Assembly (NCBI GenBank): GCA_963826115.1
Contig: CAWGVS010000001.1
Span: 1-64,000, forward strand
From: an uncultured Candidatus Rokubacteria bacterium
GTDB taxonomy: Bacteria > Methylomirabilota > Methylomirabilia > Rokubacteriales > DASRDR01
Direction of reading: 5' to 3'
DNA: 64,000 nt
The position numbers were made by a program, and so were the translations under genes. Under the pieces are notes generated by a model. That model ran no database searches, was not told the origin of the DNA, and worked only from the letters and a program-made list of their open reading frames with translations. Shown one piece after another: positions 38,395 through 47,668 of this stretch (its first letter is position 1; each line of letters starts with the position of its first letter).

Positions 38395-39093
38395 CTAGCC
38401 GGGCGGCCCCGCCAGCCTCAGGTCCTCGACCAGCGCGCGGACCCGCGTCATGAACCGGGGCCCCGGGTCACCCTTGGCCGCGCGATACGCCGGGTCGCGC
38501 TCGACGTAGTAGGGGTGGCCCCGAAGCGCTTCCGCCTCGAAATGCCCGATCAGGTGCGTGATCGGAAATCGGGCCGACAGGTCGCGGACCAGCCGGGCGT
38601 TCGCGACGACCTGCGCGTGGGTCAGCGCGAGGTCCGCTATGCCGCCGACGTTCTCGATCCCGATCGCGAGGTGGTTGAGGCCGATGCAATGCCGGGCGAA
38701 CCGCGTCTCGGGCTGCAGCCGATGGATCGCACCGTCCCGGTCGACCACGAAGTGCGCCGAGACGTTGACCGCACCGGCGCGGGCCAGCCCGACGCGCTGC
38801 TCCTCGGCGCGCTCGGCGTCGAAGTAGTCGTGCGTGGCCTTCGCCGACAGGCTGCCGGTGTGGTGCAGCACGATCACGCGCGGCGCGATCGCGAGGTCGG
38901 CCGCGGCGGGGTCGCTGTGCGTGCGACGGTACTCGAGGGTGAGTCGCTCGCGCTCCCGGCTCCACGCGAGGGGCGCGTCGACGATGTCCGGCGGGAGCGC
39001 GGCGCTCGGCTCACGCTGGCCCGGGACGGCATCGCCGAGGCTCGCCCACCGCCTGACGACGCCCCGGATCACTCCGCGCAGCGCGGCGAGCAC
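38395..39093 (-). CDS. N-acetylmuramoyl-L-alanine amidase (Amidase_2)
   Basis: IVLHHT, VSAHFVVDRDG, ARHC..LN..AIGIE, LIGHFE, KGDPG. Confidence 0.85.
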   Translation of the reverse strand: MLAALRGVIRGVVRRWASLGDAVPGQREPSAALPPDIVDAPLAWSRERERLTLEYRRTHSDPAAADLAIAPRVIVLHHTGSLSAKATHDYFDAERAEEQRVGLARAGAVNVSAHFVVDRDGAIHRLQPETRFARHCIGLNHLAIGIENVGGIADLALTHAQVVANARLVRDLSARFPITHLIGHFEAEALRGHPYYVERDPAYRAAKGDPGPRFMTRVRALVEDLRLAGPPG

Positions 39094-39191
39094 GGCCAGT
39101 CAGCCCTCGGTGGTCACGCGCGAGATGCTCGGTGGGAAGGCCGTGCTCGCGCGCCGCACCCCGAGCGGTCCCGGATCGCCAACGGACATGC

Positions 39192-40202
39192 TCACCGAAT
39201 CTCGGCGACCCGCACGCGCCGGGCCGTCTTCGCCAGCCAGCCGGACAGTGCGACTCCGTCCCAGGGATGCCGCCGGCGACGCTCCAGCCGGGGAATCGAC
39301 GCCGGCCAGACCGCCGACCCGATGATCGCGCCCGTCAGCGTCCACCCGCGCCGCTGACGGGCGAGGTCGCGAAACCATCCGGCCCGCTGGCGGGCGAGAC
39401 GCGCCATGGCGCGCCACCGCGAGGGCCCCGACTGGTAGACCAGGCTCGTGTTCGAGACGGTCCACATCCGGATCCGGCGCAGCGATTCCCTCCGGCCGAA
39501 CTCGCGCGCGTGAACGAATACGGCGTCCGGCGAGACCACGAGCTTCCACCCGCGAGTCCGGGCGCGACGTGAGAGATCGACGTCCTCGCAGTACATGAAG
39601 AAGCCGGGATCGAAGCCGCCGATGTCGAGAAACCATTCGCGCCGGAACAACATGGCAGTCCCGGGAAGCCAGGCCGCGGGAATCGCGGGCAGGATCGGCG
39701 GCGCGGCGGGGATCGCCGTCGACACGACCCGCGCGCCGGCCATGAACACCTGGCCATCCCGGTCGAGCGCGCGCGCCAGGCGCGCGACGGTCTCCGGCCG
39801 GGTGACGCCGTCCGGATTGAAGACGCCGACGTAGGGCGCCGCCGCGTGCGCGACGCCGAGATTCACGCCGGCCGCGAAGCCGAGGTTTCGCGAGGACGAG
39901 ACGGCGACCGGACGGGCGGCCGGAAACGCGCGCGCGACCTCGGCCTGCGCGGTCCGGGCGGTGTCCGGCGGCGACGCGTTCTGGACAAGCACGATCCGGC
40001 CGGCCCAGTCCGGCCCCATCGAGACGGCGAGCGCGCGCACCGAGCGCGCCACGACGGACGGGGCGTCGCGATGAACCAGCACGACGAGATCGACGCGATC
40101 CAGGAGCCCGCGGTGGGGCTCGGTCCGTCCGTCACGCTCGGCGACGGGCGCCGATGTCACGGAGCCCTCGACGGCGCCGGCGCCGGGCCGGTCCTCAGGC
40201 AT
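39192..40202 (-). CDS. Glycosyltransferase family 2 (WbbL/rhamnosyltransferase-like)
   Basis: NLGFAAGVNLG, FNPD, GGFDPGFFMYCEDVDLS; start at 40202 or 40160. Confidence 0.85.
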   Translation of the reverse strand: MPEDRPGAGAVEGSVTSAPVAERDGRTEPHRGLLDRVDLVVLVHRDAPSVVARSVRALAVSMGPDWAGRIVLVQNASPPDTARTAQAEVARAFPAARPVAVSSSRNLGFAAGVNLGVAHAAAPYVGVFNPDGVTRPETVARLARALDRDGQVFMAGARVVSTAIPAAPPILPAIPAAWLPGTAMLFRREWFLDIGGFDPGFFMYCEDVDLSRRARTRGWKLVVSPDAVFVHAREFGRRESLRRIRMWTVSNTSLVYQSGPSRWRAMARLARQRAGWFRDLARQRRGWTLTGAIIGSAVWPASIPRLERRRRHPWDGVALSGWLAKTARRVRVAEIR

Positions 40203-41937
40203 GCACGAAGAACCGCGCGGGCCGGTCCCCGAAGCCGTGGGCCAGCGGCCGGCGGCTGAAGCAGGCGGCGCCCGCCTGCGCGATGTGGACGCCGTCGTCC
40301 TCGCACGGAACGACGAGCGCGACGTGGCCGGGCCCGAAAGGGTTGTGCCAGATGGCCACCGCCGGCGACCCGGCCCGGGCCGCCTCGACCGCACCGGCCG
40401 CATCCGCCTCGCGCCATCCGTCCGCCGCGCCGTGCGCCTCCAGCCAGCGGAGCGTGCGATTGGCGGTCAGCTCCCTCCCCTGCCCGACCGGCACCGGGCG
40501 CCCCGCCTCGTCCACGCAGTGCGGAATCTCGGCGCCGAGCGCGCGCGTGGCGTCCCATACGAAGATGTTGCACCACGTGGTGGAGCCGCGCGGTGTCGAC
40601 ACGGGGCGATAGCGTGGAGTCGTCTCGACGTCGAACTGCGCGACGACCTCCAGGAGCCGGGCCGGGCTCCGGGCCGCCGGCGTCGAGCGAACCGGCGCGT
40701 CCACCGGCATCCAGGGCGGCCGGTCGAGCCAGATCCCGGCGGGGGTGGGTCTCGCGGCATCCTGATCCGCGGGCGGCGCCGTCGGCCGAGTCGGTCGGCC
40801 GAGGCGAATCTCGAGCCGGCGGCGAATCTTCCGCGCCATGACGCCGGCGAGCCCCCGGTAGCTCTCCTGCTCGTAGCCGAGACGCAGGTACCGGGGAAAC
40901 CCGAGCATCGATCGGGCGAATCCCCGGCCGTCCGAGAGCCGATGGTGGTGGCACGCGTAGTAGAGCAGCGTGGTGCCGAGCGAGCGCGCCGCCCGGGCTC
41001 CCGTCTCGTGCTCGACGCGCTGGGTCCACGGCACCCTGATCCCGCGGAGGGTGGTCACGACGCTCGGCGGCACCGGCGCGTCCAGGATCTCCACGAGGAG
41101 CGCCAGCGTCACGCGCATCGGCAGCACCAGGCCGCGGCGACGCGTCTGATCGACGAGACGGTCCCAGTCGATGCCGGCGCCCGGGTAGCGCAGGATCATG
41201 TGCGCATCGGCGACCCAGCGGAGCGACGGCGTCCCGCCCCCGTGGGCGCCGTGCACGCACGCGTGCAAGAGCTGGTCGGTCGGGCAGAGCGTCCGCGTGG
41301 ACGCGCCGCGCAGCTCCAGGGGGACCGACGCGGCCCAGAAGTCGGCGTCGGCGTCCCGGCCACCGCTCTCCCACAGGACGTGCCAGTGCAGATCCACTCG
41401 CTGGCCGCTCGGGTGACGGAACTCGTGCGCGTGATGCACGCCGATGGTGAGCTCGGGGCGGCGCGCCTCCGGAATCCAGCCCTCGGGGGTCCAGCCCTTC
41501 CCCGCGAGGAGCGCCATCACCGACCGCGCCCGATCGGTGGGCACGAGGACGTCCGTGTCCATCATCGGGCGGAGCCCACGGTCCGGGTAGTACAGGGTGG
41601 CCAGCGCGGCCCCCTTCAGGACGAGGGTGGGGACGCCCGCCTCCTCGAGCATCCGGAGGAGGGTGGCGGTCTCGATGAGGCGCTCCGTGTTCCGGGTCCA
41701 CACGCGGCGTCGCACCCCGCGCAGCCGGGGCAGGATCGGATCCTCCACGCCGAGCACCGACAGGTTGCGGGCGACCAGCGGCAGGAGGCGGCCCGACCCC
41801 TCGTCGAGGGCGTCGAGGTCGACGCGCGGCCGCCACTCGCGCCAGGCCGCCACGCCCGGTGGTCCCTCGAGCAGGGCGGCTCGCAGGAGGAGCCGCTGCT
41901 CGGCGGTCGGCCAGCAGTTCACGAAGCGCGCCGTCAC
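40195..41937 (-). CDS. Nucleotidyltransferase (NTP_transf_5) fused to a C-terminal papain-like Cys-His (CHAP/NlpC-P60-like) domain
   Basis: LKGAAL...RPMMDTDVLV, VDLHW, LLHACVHG; then TWCNIFV...PGHVALV...IAQAG. Confidence 0.75.
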   Translation of the reverse strand: MTARFVNCWPTAEQRLLLRAALLEGPPGVAAWREWRPRVDLDALDEGSGRLLPLVARNLSVLGVEDPILPRLRGVRRRVWTRNTERLIETATLLRMLEEAGVPTLVLKGAALATLYYPDRGLRPMMDTDVLVPTDRARSVMALLAGKGWTPEGWIPEARRPELTIGVHHAHEFRHPSGQRVDLHWHVLWESGGRDADADFWAASVPLELRGASTRTLCPTDQLLHACVHGAHGGGTPSLRWVADAHMILRYPGAGIDWDRLVDQTRRRGLVLPMRVTLALLVEILDAPVPPSVVTTLRGIRVPWTQRVEHETGARAARSLGTTLLYYACHHHRLSDGRGFARSMLGFPRYLRLGYEQESYRGLAGVMARKIRRRLEIRLGRPTRPTAPPADQDAARPTPAGIWLDRPPWMPVDAPVRSTPAARSPARLLEVVAQFDVETTPRYRPVSTPRGSTTWCNIFVWDATRALGAEIPHCVDEAGRPVPVGQGRELTANRTLRWLEAHGAADGWREADAAGAVEAARAGSPAVAIWHNPFGPGHVALVVPCEDDGVHIAQAGAACFSRRPLAHGFGDRPARFFVHA

Positions 41938-42605
41938 GGGCGCGCCGCTCCGGCAGGGTCGCGGCCGCTTCCGCTCCGCACCAGGACCATCTGGCCCGCG
42001 ATGGTGACGGGCACGAGGTCCGGGACGGTCTCGAGTCGCCAGTCGGGCCGCACCTCTCCGAGCTCGGCCAGGCAGTCCGCGCCGCGCATCGAGTACCAGG
42101 CGGGACGGGCGAGCGCGCGCCGGAAGTCGAAGCCCTTGTCCAGGAGGCGGCGCACGAAAATCTTCTGCCGCTCGATCCGGTGGAGATCCGTGTCGCGGGC
42201 GCCCACCCACTGATGAATCCGCTCTCCCCGCAGGGCCTCGGCCGGCGGATTGAAGACGACCTCCTTCCGGCCTTCCTCGATCGGCGCCTGCGGCGTCAGG
42301 GGATAGGCGAATGTCATCCGCCGCGGCACGGGCACCACCACGACGACGTCGGCAAGGGCCTCCTCCGTGGCTTCCCGGGACAGGACGAGACTGTTCTGGG
42401 CGCGAAAGCCGTGCTCGTCGAGCGCCGCGACGAGCAGGTCGTGGCCGCCGCGGCTGAAGGCGCGATTGACGCGCGCCTGGGTCGTCTCGCACCAGAGATC
42501 GCGCGGGATCCACGTCAGCCGGCGCTCTGCCGGATCGACCAGCACGAGGTTGTCCGTGTTCGCCCGAAGCCCGGGCCGGTCCATGATCCCGACGATGGTG
42601 CTCAC
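41934..42605 (-). CDS. LytR-CpsA-Psr (LCP) family protein lacking a transmembrane anchor
   Basis: NTDNLVLV, IPRDLW, RVNRAF..GG, R-x-x-DLHRIERQ. Confidence 0.75.
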   Translation of the reverse strand: MSTIVGIMDRPGLRANTDNLVLVDPAERRLTWIPRDLWCETTQARVNRAFSRGGHDLLVAALDEHGFRAQNSLVLSREATEEALADVVVVVPVPRRMTFAYPLTPQAPIEEGRKEVVFNPPAEALRGERIHQWVGARDTDLHRIERQKIFVRRLLDKGFDFRRALARPAWYSMRGADCLAELGEVRPDWRLETVPDLVPVTIAGQMVLVRSGSGRDPAGAARP

Positions 42606-42628
42606 CGGTCAGGCCTTACGTGTGGCGC

Positions 42629-43405
42629 TCACGGGCGTCCGACCGGAACGTCGAAGCGCCCGAGGTAGTCGAGCATTGCCGACAGCGCGTCAGTGAGCCC
42701 AAGCCGGAGCGTGGCCCCCCGAACCATGTCCCAGTCCAGATCCGGGGACCGGCGAAGCACGTGCGCGGCATCGGCCAGCCAGATCAAGCGGGTGCGAGGA
42801 TCCCAGGATCGACGCTGGCTCGCGATGTGGACGAGCTGGTCGGCCGCGCTCATCACGGCGCAGGCCGCGCCCATCACGGTCACCGTGTCGACACGGTCGA
42901 GGACCTCGCTGGCGCACGCCCCCGGATAGGACGCATCGTGCAGGACGAGGGCCTCGCGCTGGTGATCCGGCCATTCCGGCCCGCCGTCGGGGACGGGCAG
43001 CCAGACGTCGAGGGTCGTGAAGGGCCGCGCTCCCGGGCTGTCGTAGTAGCGGACGGCCATGGCCGTGCCCTTCAGCAGGACGGGAGCGACCGCGGGCTTC
43101 CCCGCCCGGACCGCCGCCGCCAGCGCGTGGAGCCTCGCATTGTTCTTGTACCAGTTGTGAAGATAGACGTTCCGGCACCGCGCGAGCACCGGGTGCGTCA
43201 CGTCATGGCGGAGATTCCAGTAGAGGAGCGGCATGAGCCACTGCGAATCGGGCTCGAGCTGCTCCTCGAGTCCCTCGGCGTCGAGCCCGTCCACCCAGCG
43301 CCGCCACGCGTCCAGGGCCGGCGCGCCCCGGCGGAGCGCGGCCTCCAGGAGGAGCGCCTGGCGCGCGCTCGGCCAGGGATCGAGGTCGAGGGCCGGCCGG
43401 ATCAC
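42629..43405 (-). CDS. Second, shorter nucleotidyltransferase (NTP_transf_5)
   Basis: WPSARQALLL, LLKGTAM..YY..PGARPFTTLDV, WLADAAHVL; GTG start overlaps the upstream TGA. Confidence 0.7.
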   Translation of the reverse strand: MIRPALDLDPWPSARQALLLEAALRRGAPALDAWRRWVDGLDAEGLEEQLEPDSQWLMPLLYWNLRHDVTHPVLARCRNVYLHNWYKNNARLHALAAAVRAGKPAVAPVLLKGTAMAVRYYDSPGARPFTTLDVWLPVPDGGPEWPDHQREALVLHDASYPGACASEVLDRVDTVTVMGAACAVMSAADQLVHIASQRRSWDPRTRLIWLADAAHVLRRSPDLDWDMVRGATLRLGLTDALSAMLDYLGRFDVPVGRP

Positions 43406-44457
43406 GCGCCCGACAGCAGCCCGGCGACGACGTCCGGGATCCGGTCGAGGTCCCGGCCGAGCGCCAGCTCGTAGCACGGCACCGTGTCGGCCACCCGGCG
43501 GAGACCATGCGTGGTCAGCGCGGGGTTGCCCAGGACCGTGAAGAGCGTGTCCAGGATCAGCGCGCGGAAGGCCGTGCTCGGGGACACCGGCCGGAGGCGC
43601 GTCTCGCGCGCGTCGGCCACTCGCGGAAGCAGGAGCGCCCGGATGGGAAACTCCCGCAGCATCCGCGACGGGCTCACGTCGTCCAGACAGATCAGGGCCT
43701 TCTCGGCCTCGGGCCGCTCGGGATTGGACACGGCCGCGCCGAGCTCGGGGAACCACGCGAGCGACTGTCGGTTGAGCCGCGTCACCCCGTAGAGGTTGTA
43801 CGCGCGCGGCTCGCCGCCGGCCGAGACCATGACGTTGTCGTCCCCCAGGTATCCGAGGCCGGCCCGCCAGCACAGCGCCGCCGTCGTGGACTTGCCGGAG
43901 CCGGATCGGCCGCTCATCAGAACCCCGCCCGAGGCCCGGCCGACGGCCGACGCATGGGCGGCGAAGAGCCCGTCCCGCTGGAGCCAGCCCTGGAGGACAT
44001 GTCGAAGCGGCGTGGCGCGCTCGGGGAACGACACGGAGCCCGCGTCCTCCATCCAGTGCACGGCCCGGCCATCGACGTTGTCGACCGCGCTGAAGGCCCG
44101 CGTGGGGCGGTCGTAGACGAGCACGAAGCGGTCGTCGCGGAAGCCCCGCATGTTGGCGCGCTCGAAGTACGGCACGGCCTCCCAGGGCGGAGGGCGAAGC
44201 ACGACGCCGGTGGAGCGGCGGTCCCACACGAGCGCGGTCAGCGACGGGGTGGCGGGCGCGGTCTCGAGATGCCGCAGCGCGGGCATCAGCGCGTCCGCCA
44301 GCGCCGCGCCGGCGAACCTCAGGCGTGCCCCGCGCCCGGCGACGTGGAGGCGATGCTCCACGACCTTGGCCGAGCGGTCCGCCGCCTCCGCGAAGGACGC
44401 CTCGGCCTCGTCGAAGAAGCCCTTCAGGGCCTCCTCGGCCGCCGGTCGCCCGGTCAT
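43402..44457 (-). CDS. HPr kinase-related P-loop kinase
   Basis: AHASAV, GRSGSGKST (Walker A), YLGDD. Confidence 0.8.
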   Translation of the reverse strand: MTGRPAAEEALKGFFDEAEASFAEAADRSAKVVEHRLHVAGRGARLRFAGAALADALMPALRHLETAPATPSLTALVWDRRSTGVVLRPPPWEAVPYFERANMRGFRDDRFVLVYDRPTRAFSAVDNVDGRAVHWMEDAGSVSFPERATPLRHVLQGWLQRDGLFAAHASAVGRASGGVLMSGRSGSGKSTTAALCWRAGLGYLGDDNVMVSAGGEPRAYNLYGVTRLNRQSLAWFPELGAAVSNPERPEAEKALICLDDVSPSRMLREFPIRALLLPRVADARETRLRPVSPSTAFRALILDTLFTVLGNPALTTHGLRRVADTVPCYELALGRDLDRIPDVVAGLLSGA

Positions 44458-44900
44458 CGGTCCCGGGGAATCGGACGGCGCGGCCAGCCAGTCTCGTCGA
44501 AGTCGTGGATCGGATCCATCTGGATCAGCTTCGCCATGTCCGTGTAGCGATTGAGAACCGGCGGCACGAAGCTCGGCCCGAGATCGCCCGCGTCGGCGGC
44601 GCCGCTCCCGGCCGGGCCCGGCGCCGCGCCGGCCGAGACGGCCAGCAGGCCCTCGGCGGTCAGCTCCTCGACGAAGCGCCCAACCGCCTGCCGGATCGTC
44701 TCGCCCTCGGCCGGAAACCGCGCGCCGAGCGCCTGCGCCGCCTCCGCCGCGGTGGCGCCGGCCACGAGCTGCCGCCAGATCGCGGCCGCGGTGCCGTCGA
44801 GGATGTAGTAGTGTCCGCTGTCGAGGTTGACCACGACGATCTCGCCCTCCAGGACCTCGTAGACGACCCGGCTCTCGTCGACGACGAAGCGCGTGTGCAT
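44454..44900 (-). CDS. PqqD/RRE domain protein with C-terminal leader/core-like tail
   Basis: EGEIVVVNLDSGHYYILDGTAAAIWRQL...FVEELTAEGLL RRE pattern; tail FVPPVLNRYTDMAKLIQMDPIHDFDETGWP. Confidence 0.85.
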   Translation of the reverse strand: MHTRFVVDESRVVYEVLEGEIVVVNLDSGHYYILDGTAAAIWRQLVAGATAAEAAQALGARFPAEGETIRQAVGRFVEELTAEGLLAVSAGAAPGPAGSGAADAGDLGPSFVPPVLNRYTDMAKLIQMDPIHDFDETGWPRRPIPRDR

Positions 44901-44934
44901 CGGTCTTCCTCTCTGGCGGATCCGCCCGGCGCCG

Positions 44935-45804
44935 CTACAGGCGATCCGGGTCGAGGTCCAGGCGCCGCACGCTGTCCATGATCATCATCTGGCGAAGGCG
45001 AACCGCCGGCGCCGGACGTCGGATGTCGGTGCGGTCCGGGCTCGGGAGCGCCGCCGCCAGTAGGGCCGCATCCTGCAGGTTGAGGCTCGCCACGTCCTTC
45101 CGGAGCAGGATCCGCGAGGCGGCGCCCACGCCGAAGACGTCGGGCCCGAACTGCGCGACGTTGAGGTACACCTCGAGAATCCGGCGCTTCGGCCACGCGG
45201 CCTCGATGAGCACCGTGAAGTACGCTTCCAGGGCCTTCCTGACATAGGACCGTCTTGGCCAGAGAAACAGGTTCTTGGCCACCTGCTGGCTGATCGTGCT
45301 GGCGCCGCGCCGCGGGCCGCCTTCCCGATTGTGCCGAGCGGCGCGACGGATGCCGGACCAGTCGAAGCCGGCATGCGACACGAAGTGGGCGTCCTCGGCG
45401 CCGATCGCGGCGAGCCGCATGGACGGCGCCACCCCCTCGTAGGGCACCCATTCGTGGTGAATCGCCGACCCCGGGCCCCGGCGCCGGCGCGCCCCGGCCA
45501 TGAAGGCCGTGGTCGGAGGCCGGATCCAGCGCAGCGCCAGCACCGGCAGCGCCGACACGAGGAAGACGGCGGCGAGCCCGGTCAGAGCCGCCTGGCCCGG
45601 CGACCGAGGCCTCGCGACGCCGGCCGCCAGCGTCGCCACGGCCGAGAGGAGCACGAGTGCCAACAGGGCGCCGCGGAGCCGGGGCCATCGCGGCCGCGAC
45701 CGCGATCCGCCGTGTCGTGCCGGATCGAGGCCGCCCGACGTCCCGGTGGAGAGCCGCGCCGCCGCGAGACGGCCTCCGGCGGTCGGCGACGACCCTCTGG
45801 TCAC
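44935..45804 (-). CDS. mtgA: Monofunctional peptidoglycan transglycosylase (GT51)
   Basis: EDAHF..H.GFDW, GASTISQQVAKNLFL, RKALEA, KRRILEVYLN; start approximate. Confidence 0.88.
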   Translation of the reverse strand: MTRGSSPTAGGRLAAARLSTGTSGGLDPARHGGSRSRPRWPRLRGALLALVLLSAVATLAAGVARPRSPGQAALTGLAAVFLVSALPVLALRWIRPPTTAFMAGARRRRGPGSAIHHEWVPYEGVAPSMRLAAIGAEDAHFVSHAGFDWSGIRRAARHNREGGPRRGASTISQQVAKNLFLWPRRSYVRKALEAYFTVLIEAAWPKRRILEVYLNVAQFGPDVFGVGAASRILLRKDVASLNLQDAALLAAALPSPDRTDIRRPAPAVRLRQMMIMDSVRRLDLDPDRL

Positions 45805-45818
45805 GACACGGTCGAGGG

Positions 45819-46517
45819 TCAGCGGGACGGCGCCGGGAAGCGCCGACGCGCCACGGTGGACGCGATGACCCGCGCGTATTCCTGCCGGGCCGCGCGCTCG
45901 CGGACGCCGAGGTTGTCGTCGTGCAGGCGGCGCTTGAGCACCACCTGCGGCACCAGGACCTCTTCGAGACCGAGGTCGCGCGCGCGAGCGTACCAGTCGA
46001 TGAACTCCCCCACCTGCCACCGCGTGTCGAAGAAGCCGACGCGACGGAAGTCCGACGCCCGAATCAGCAGCGTCCCCACCGAAGGCGCCCGCATCGCGTC
46101 ACCGCAGAGCGCGAGCTCCTGGCCCTGCGGATCGCCCGAATCCCGCACCTGGACGAGCTCGCCGAACGCCATGGCCGGGAGGGGAAGCCCCCGGAGCGCC
46201 TCCAGCTGCAGCTCCAGCTTGCGCGGATCCCAGAGGTCGTCCGCGTCCAGGAAGGCCAGGAACTCGCCTCGCGCCAGGCGGACACCGTGGTTCCGGGCCG
46301 CGGCCGGCCCGCCGTTCGGCTGCCCCACGACGCGGACGCGCGAATCCGGATAGCTCCGCGCCACCGCTCCGCTGCGGTCCGTCGAGCCGTCGTCGATGAC
46401 CAGGATCTCGAGCGCGGCATGGGTCTGCCGGGCCACGCTCTCGAGCGCCTGGGCCAGGTAGCGCTCGGCGTTGTACACGGGAATGACGACGCTGATCACC
46501 GCGGCGGGCGTACCCAT
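45819..46517 (-). CDS. Glycosyltransferase family 2
   Basis: ISVVIPVYNAERYL, IDDGSTD, AARNHG, AFLDADD. Confidence 0.9.
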   Translation of the reverse strand: MGTPAAVISVVIPVYNAERYLAQALESVARQTHAALEILVIDDGSTDRSGAVARSYPDSRVRVVGQPNGGPAAARNHGVRLARGEFLAFLDADDLWDPRKLELQLEALRGLPLPAMAFGELVQVRDSGDPQGQELALCGDAMRAPSVGTLLIRASDFRRVGFFDTRWQVGEFIDWYARARDLGLEEVLVPQVVLKRRLHDDNLGVRERAARQEYARVIASTVARRRFPAPSR

Positions 46518-46610
46518 GTCCGTCGATCGGTATCCTAGCAGACTCGGCCGCGAGGAGTGGGCGGCCCGACCGTTTCTCGGAGGACTTCGTACGGTACCAT
46601 TTCCGGTGTG

Positions 46611-47573
46611 ATGCGCGACGCCGCGCCGATCCCCCTCCGACCGATCCGGGGCCGCTGGGCTTCGCTGCTCGACCGGGCAGGCCTCCGGCCCCACCCTCCC
46701 CGGACGGCACGGGGCGAGGGGCTCAAGCACCTCGTCTTCGTGTGGAAGTTCTCGGTCGACGGGCAGCCCCAAGCCATCGGCGCCGTCCTCGAGCGGAACA
46801 ACCTCGGCATCCTGCTCAAGACGCACAGCGGCGTCGAGTGGATGTCGAAGTACGACCCGTCGCCGTTCGCCGTGACCGGCCCCGACCAGATCGCGACCCT
46901 GGCCCGCTACTACGAGGAGGCCGGTGTCCCCTTCCACGCGTGGACCGTCGTCAAGGGCGTCGACGTCGCGCGAGAGGCGCGGATGGCCGCGGAGGTTCTC
47001 GAGGCCGGCGCGCGGAGCCTCGTCGTCGACCTCGAGCCCCACGATCGGTTCTGGCAAGGCACGGCGGCCGACGCCGCCCGATACGGCCGGGATCTGCGGC
47101 GTCTGGCGCCGGACGGCCGCGTGGTCCTCTCCGTCGACCCCCGTCCGTGGGCAATGGCGCAGGTACCGATGGCGGAATTCGCCGCCTTCGCGGACGAGAT
47201 CGCGCCGCAGCAGTACTGGCGCTCGTTCGACACCCCGACCGATCGCGAGCGCTTCACGCGAGCCGGCTTCCCGGTGCCGCCCCGCGGCGTCACGCCCGAG
47301 TTCCTCAACGACGTCTCGGCCAAGACACTCGGCGGCTACGGCCTGCCGCTCAGCCCGACCGGCCAGGGCGCGGCCAACGATGTCGGCGCGTGGCGCCGCT
47401 TCGTCGACCACGCCTACGGTCTCGGCGCCTGCGCTGTCTCATGCTGGCGCTACGGCGTCACCGGGCGGGCCGTCTTCCGCTTCTTGCGTCGCACGCCTCC
47501 ACGCGCGCCGTCACCCGGAGCCAGCCGGCGGTCAGCACCAGACCGTCGCGCCGAGGACTCGCCCCGAGGGTGA
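46611..47573 (+). CDS. Putative TIM-barrel glycoside hydrolase (GH25/GH18-like DxE)
   Basis: Alternating beta/alpha pattern, LVVDLEP, APQQYW, VSCWRY. Confidence 0.5.
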   Translation: MRDAAPIPLRPIRGRWASLLDRAGLRPHPPRTARGEGLKHLVFVWKFSVDGQPQAIGAVLERNNLGILLKTHSGVEWMSKYDPSPFAVTGPDQIATLARYYEEAGVPFHAWTVVKGVDVAREARMAAEVLEAGARSLVVDLEPHDRFWQGTAADAARYGRDLRRLAPDGRVVLSVDPRPWAMAQVPMAEFAAFADEIAPQQYWRSFDTPTDRERFTRAGFPVPPRGVTPEFLNDVSAKTLGGYGLPLSPTGQGAANDVGAWRRFVDHAYGLGACAVSCWRYGVTGRAVFRFLRRTPPRAPSPGASRRSAPDRRAEDSPRG

Positions 47574-47668
47574 CGGGCTCGCCGACGGCCGGGCGCGAGC
47601 GCTCGGGCCAAATCGGGTCGGCCGAGACGCACCAGTTCCGCTCCGGGCGTGCTTGCGTGGGCTTCCGC

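Noticed and set aside
40195-44900. Canonical lasso peptide gene cluster
   Set aside because: No lasso cyclase, B2 protease or free precursor is visible in the window; reported instead as a non-canonical system.
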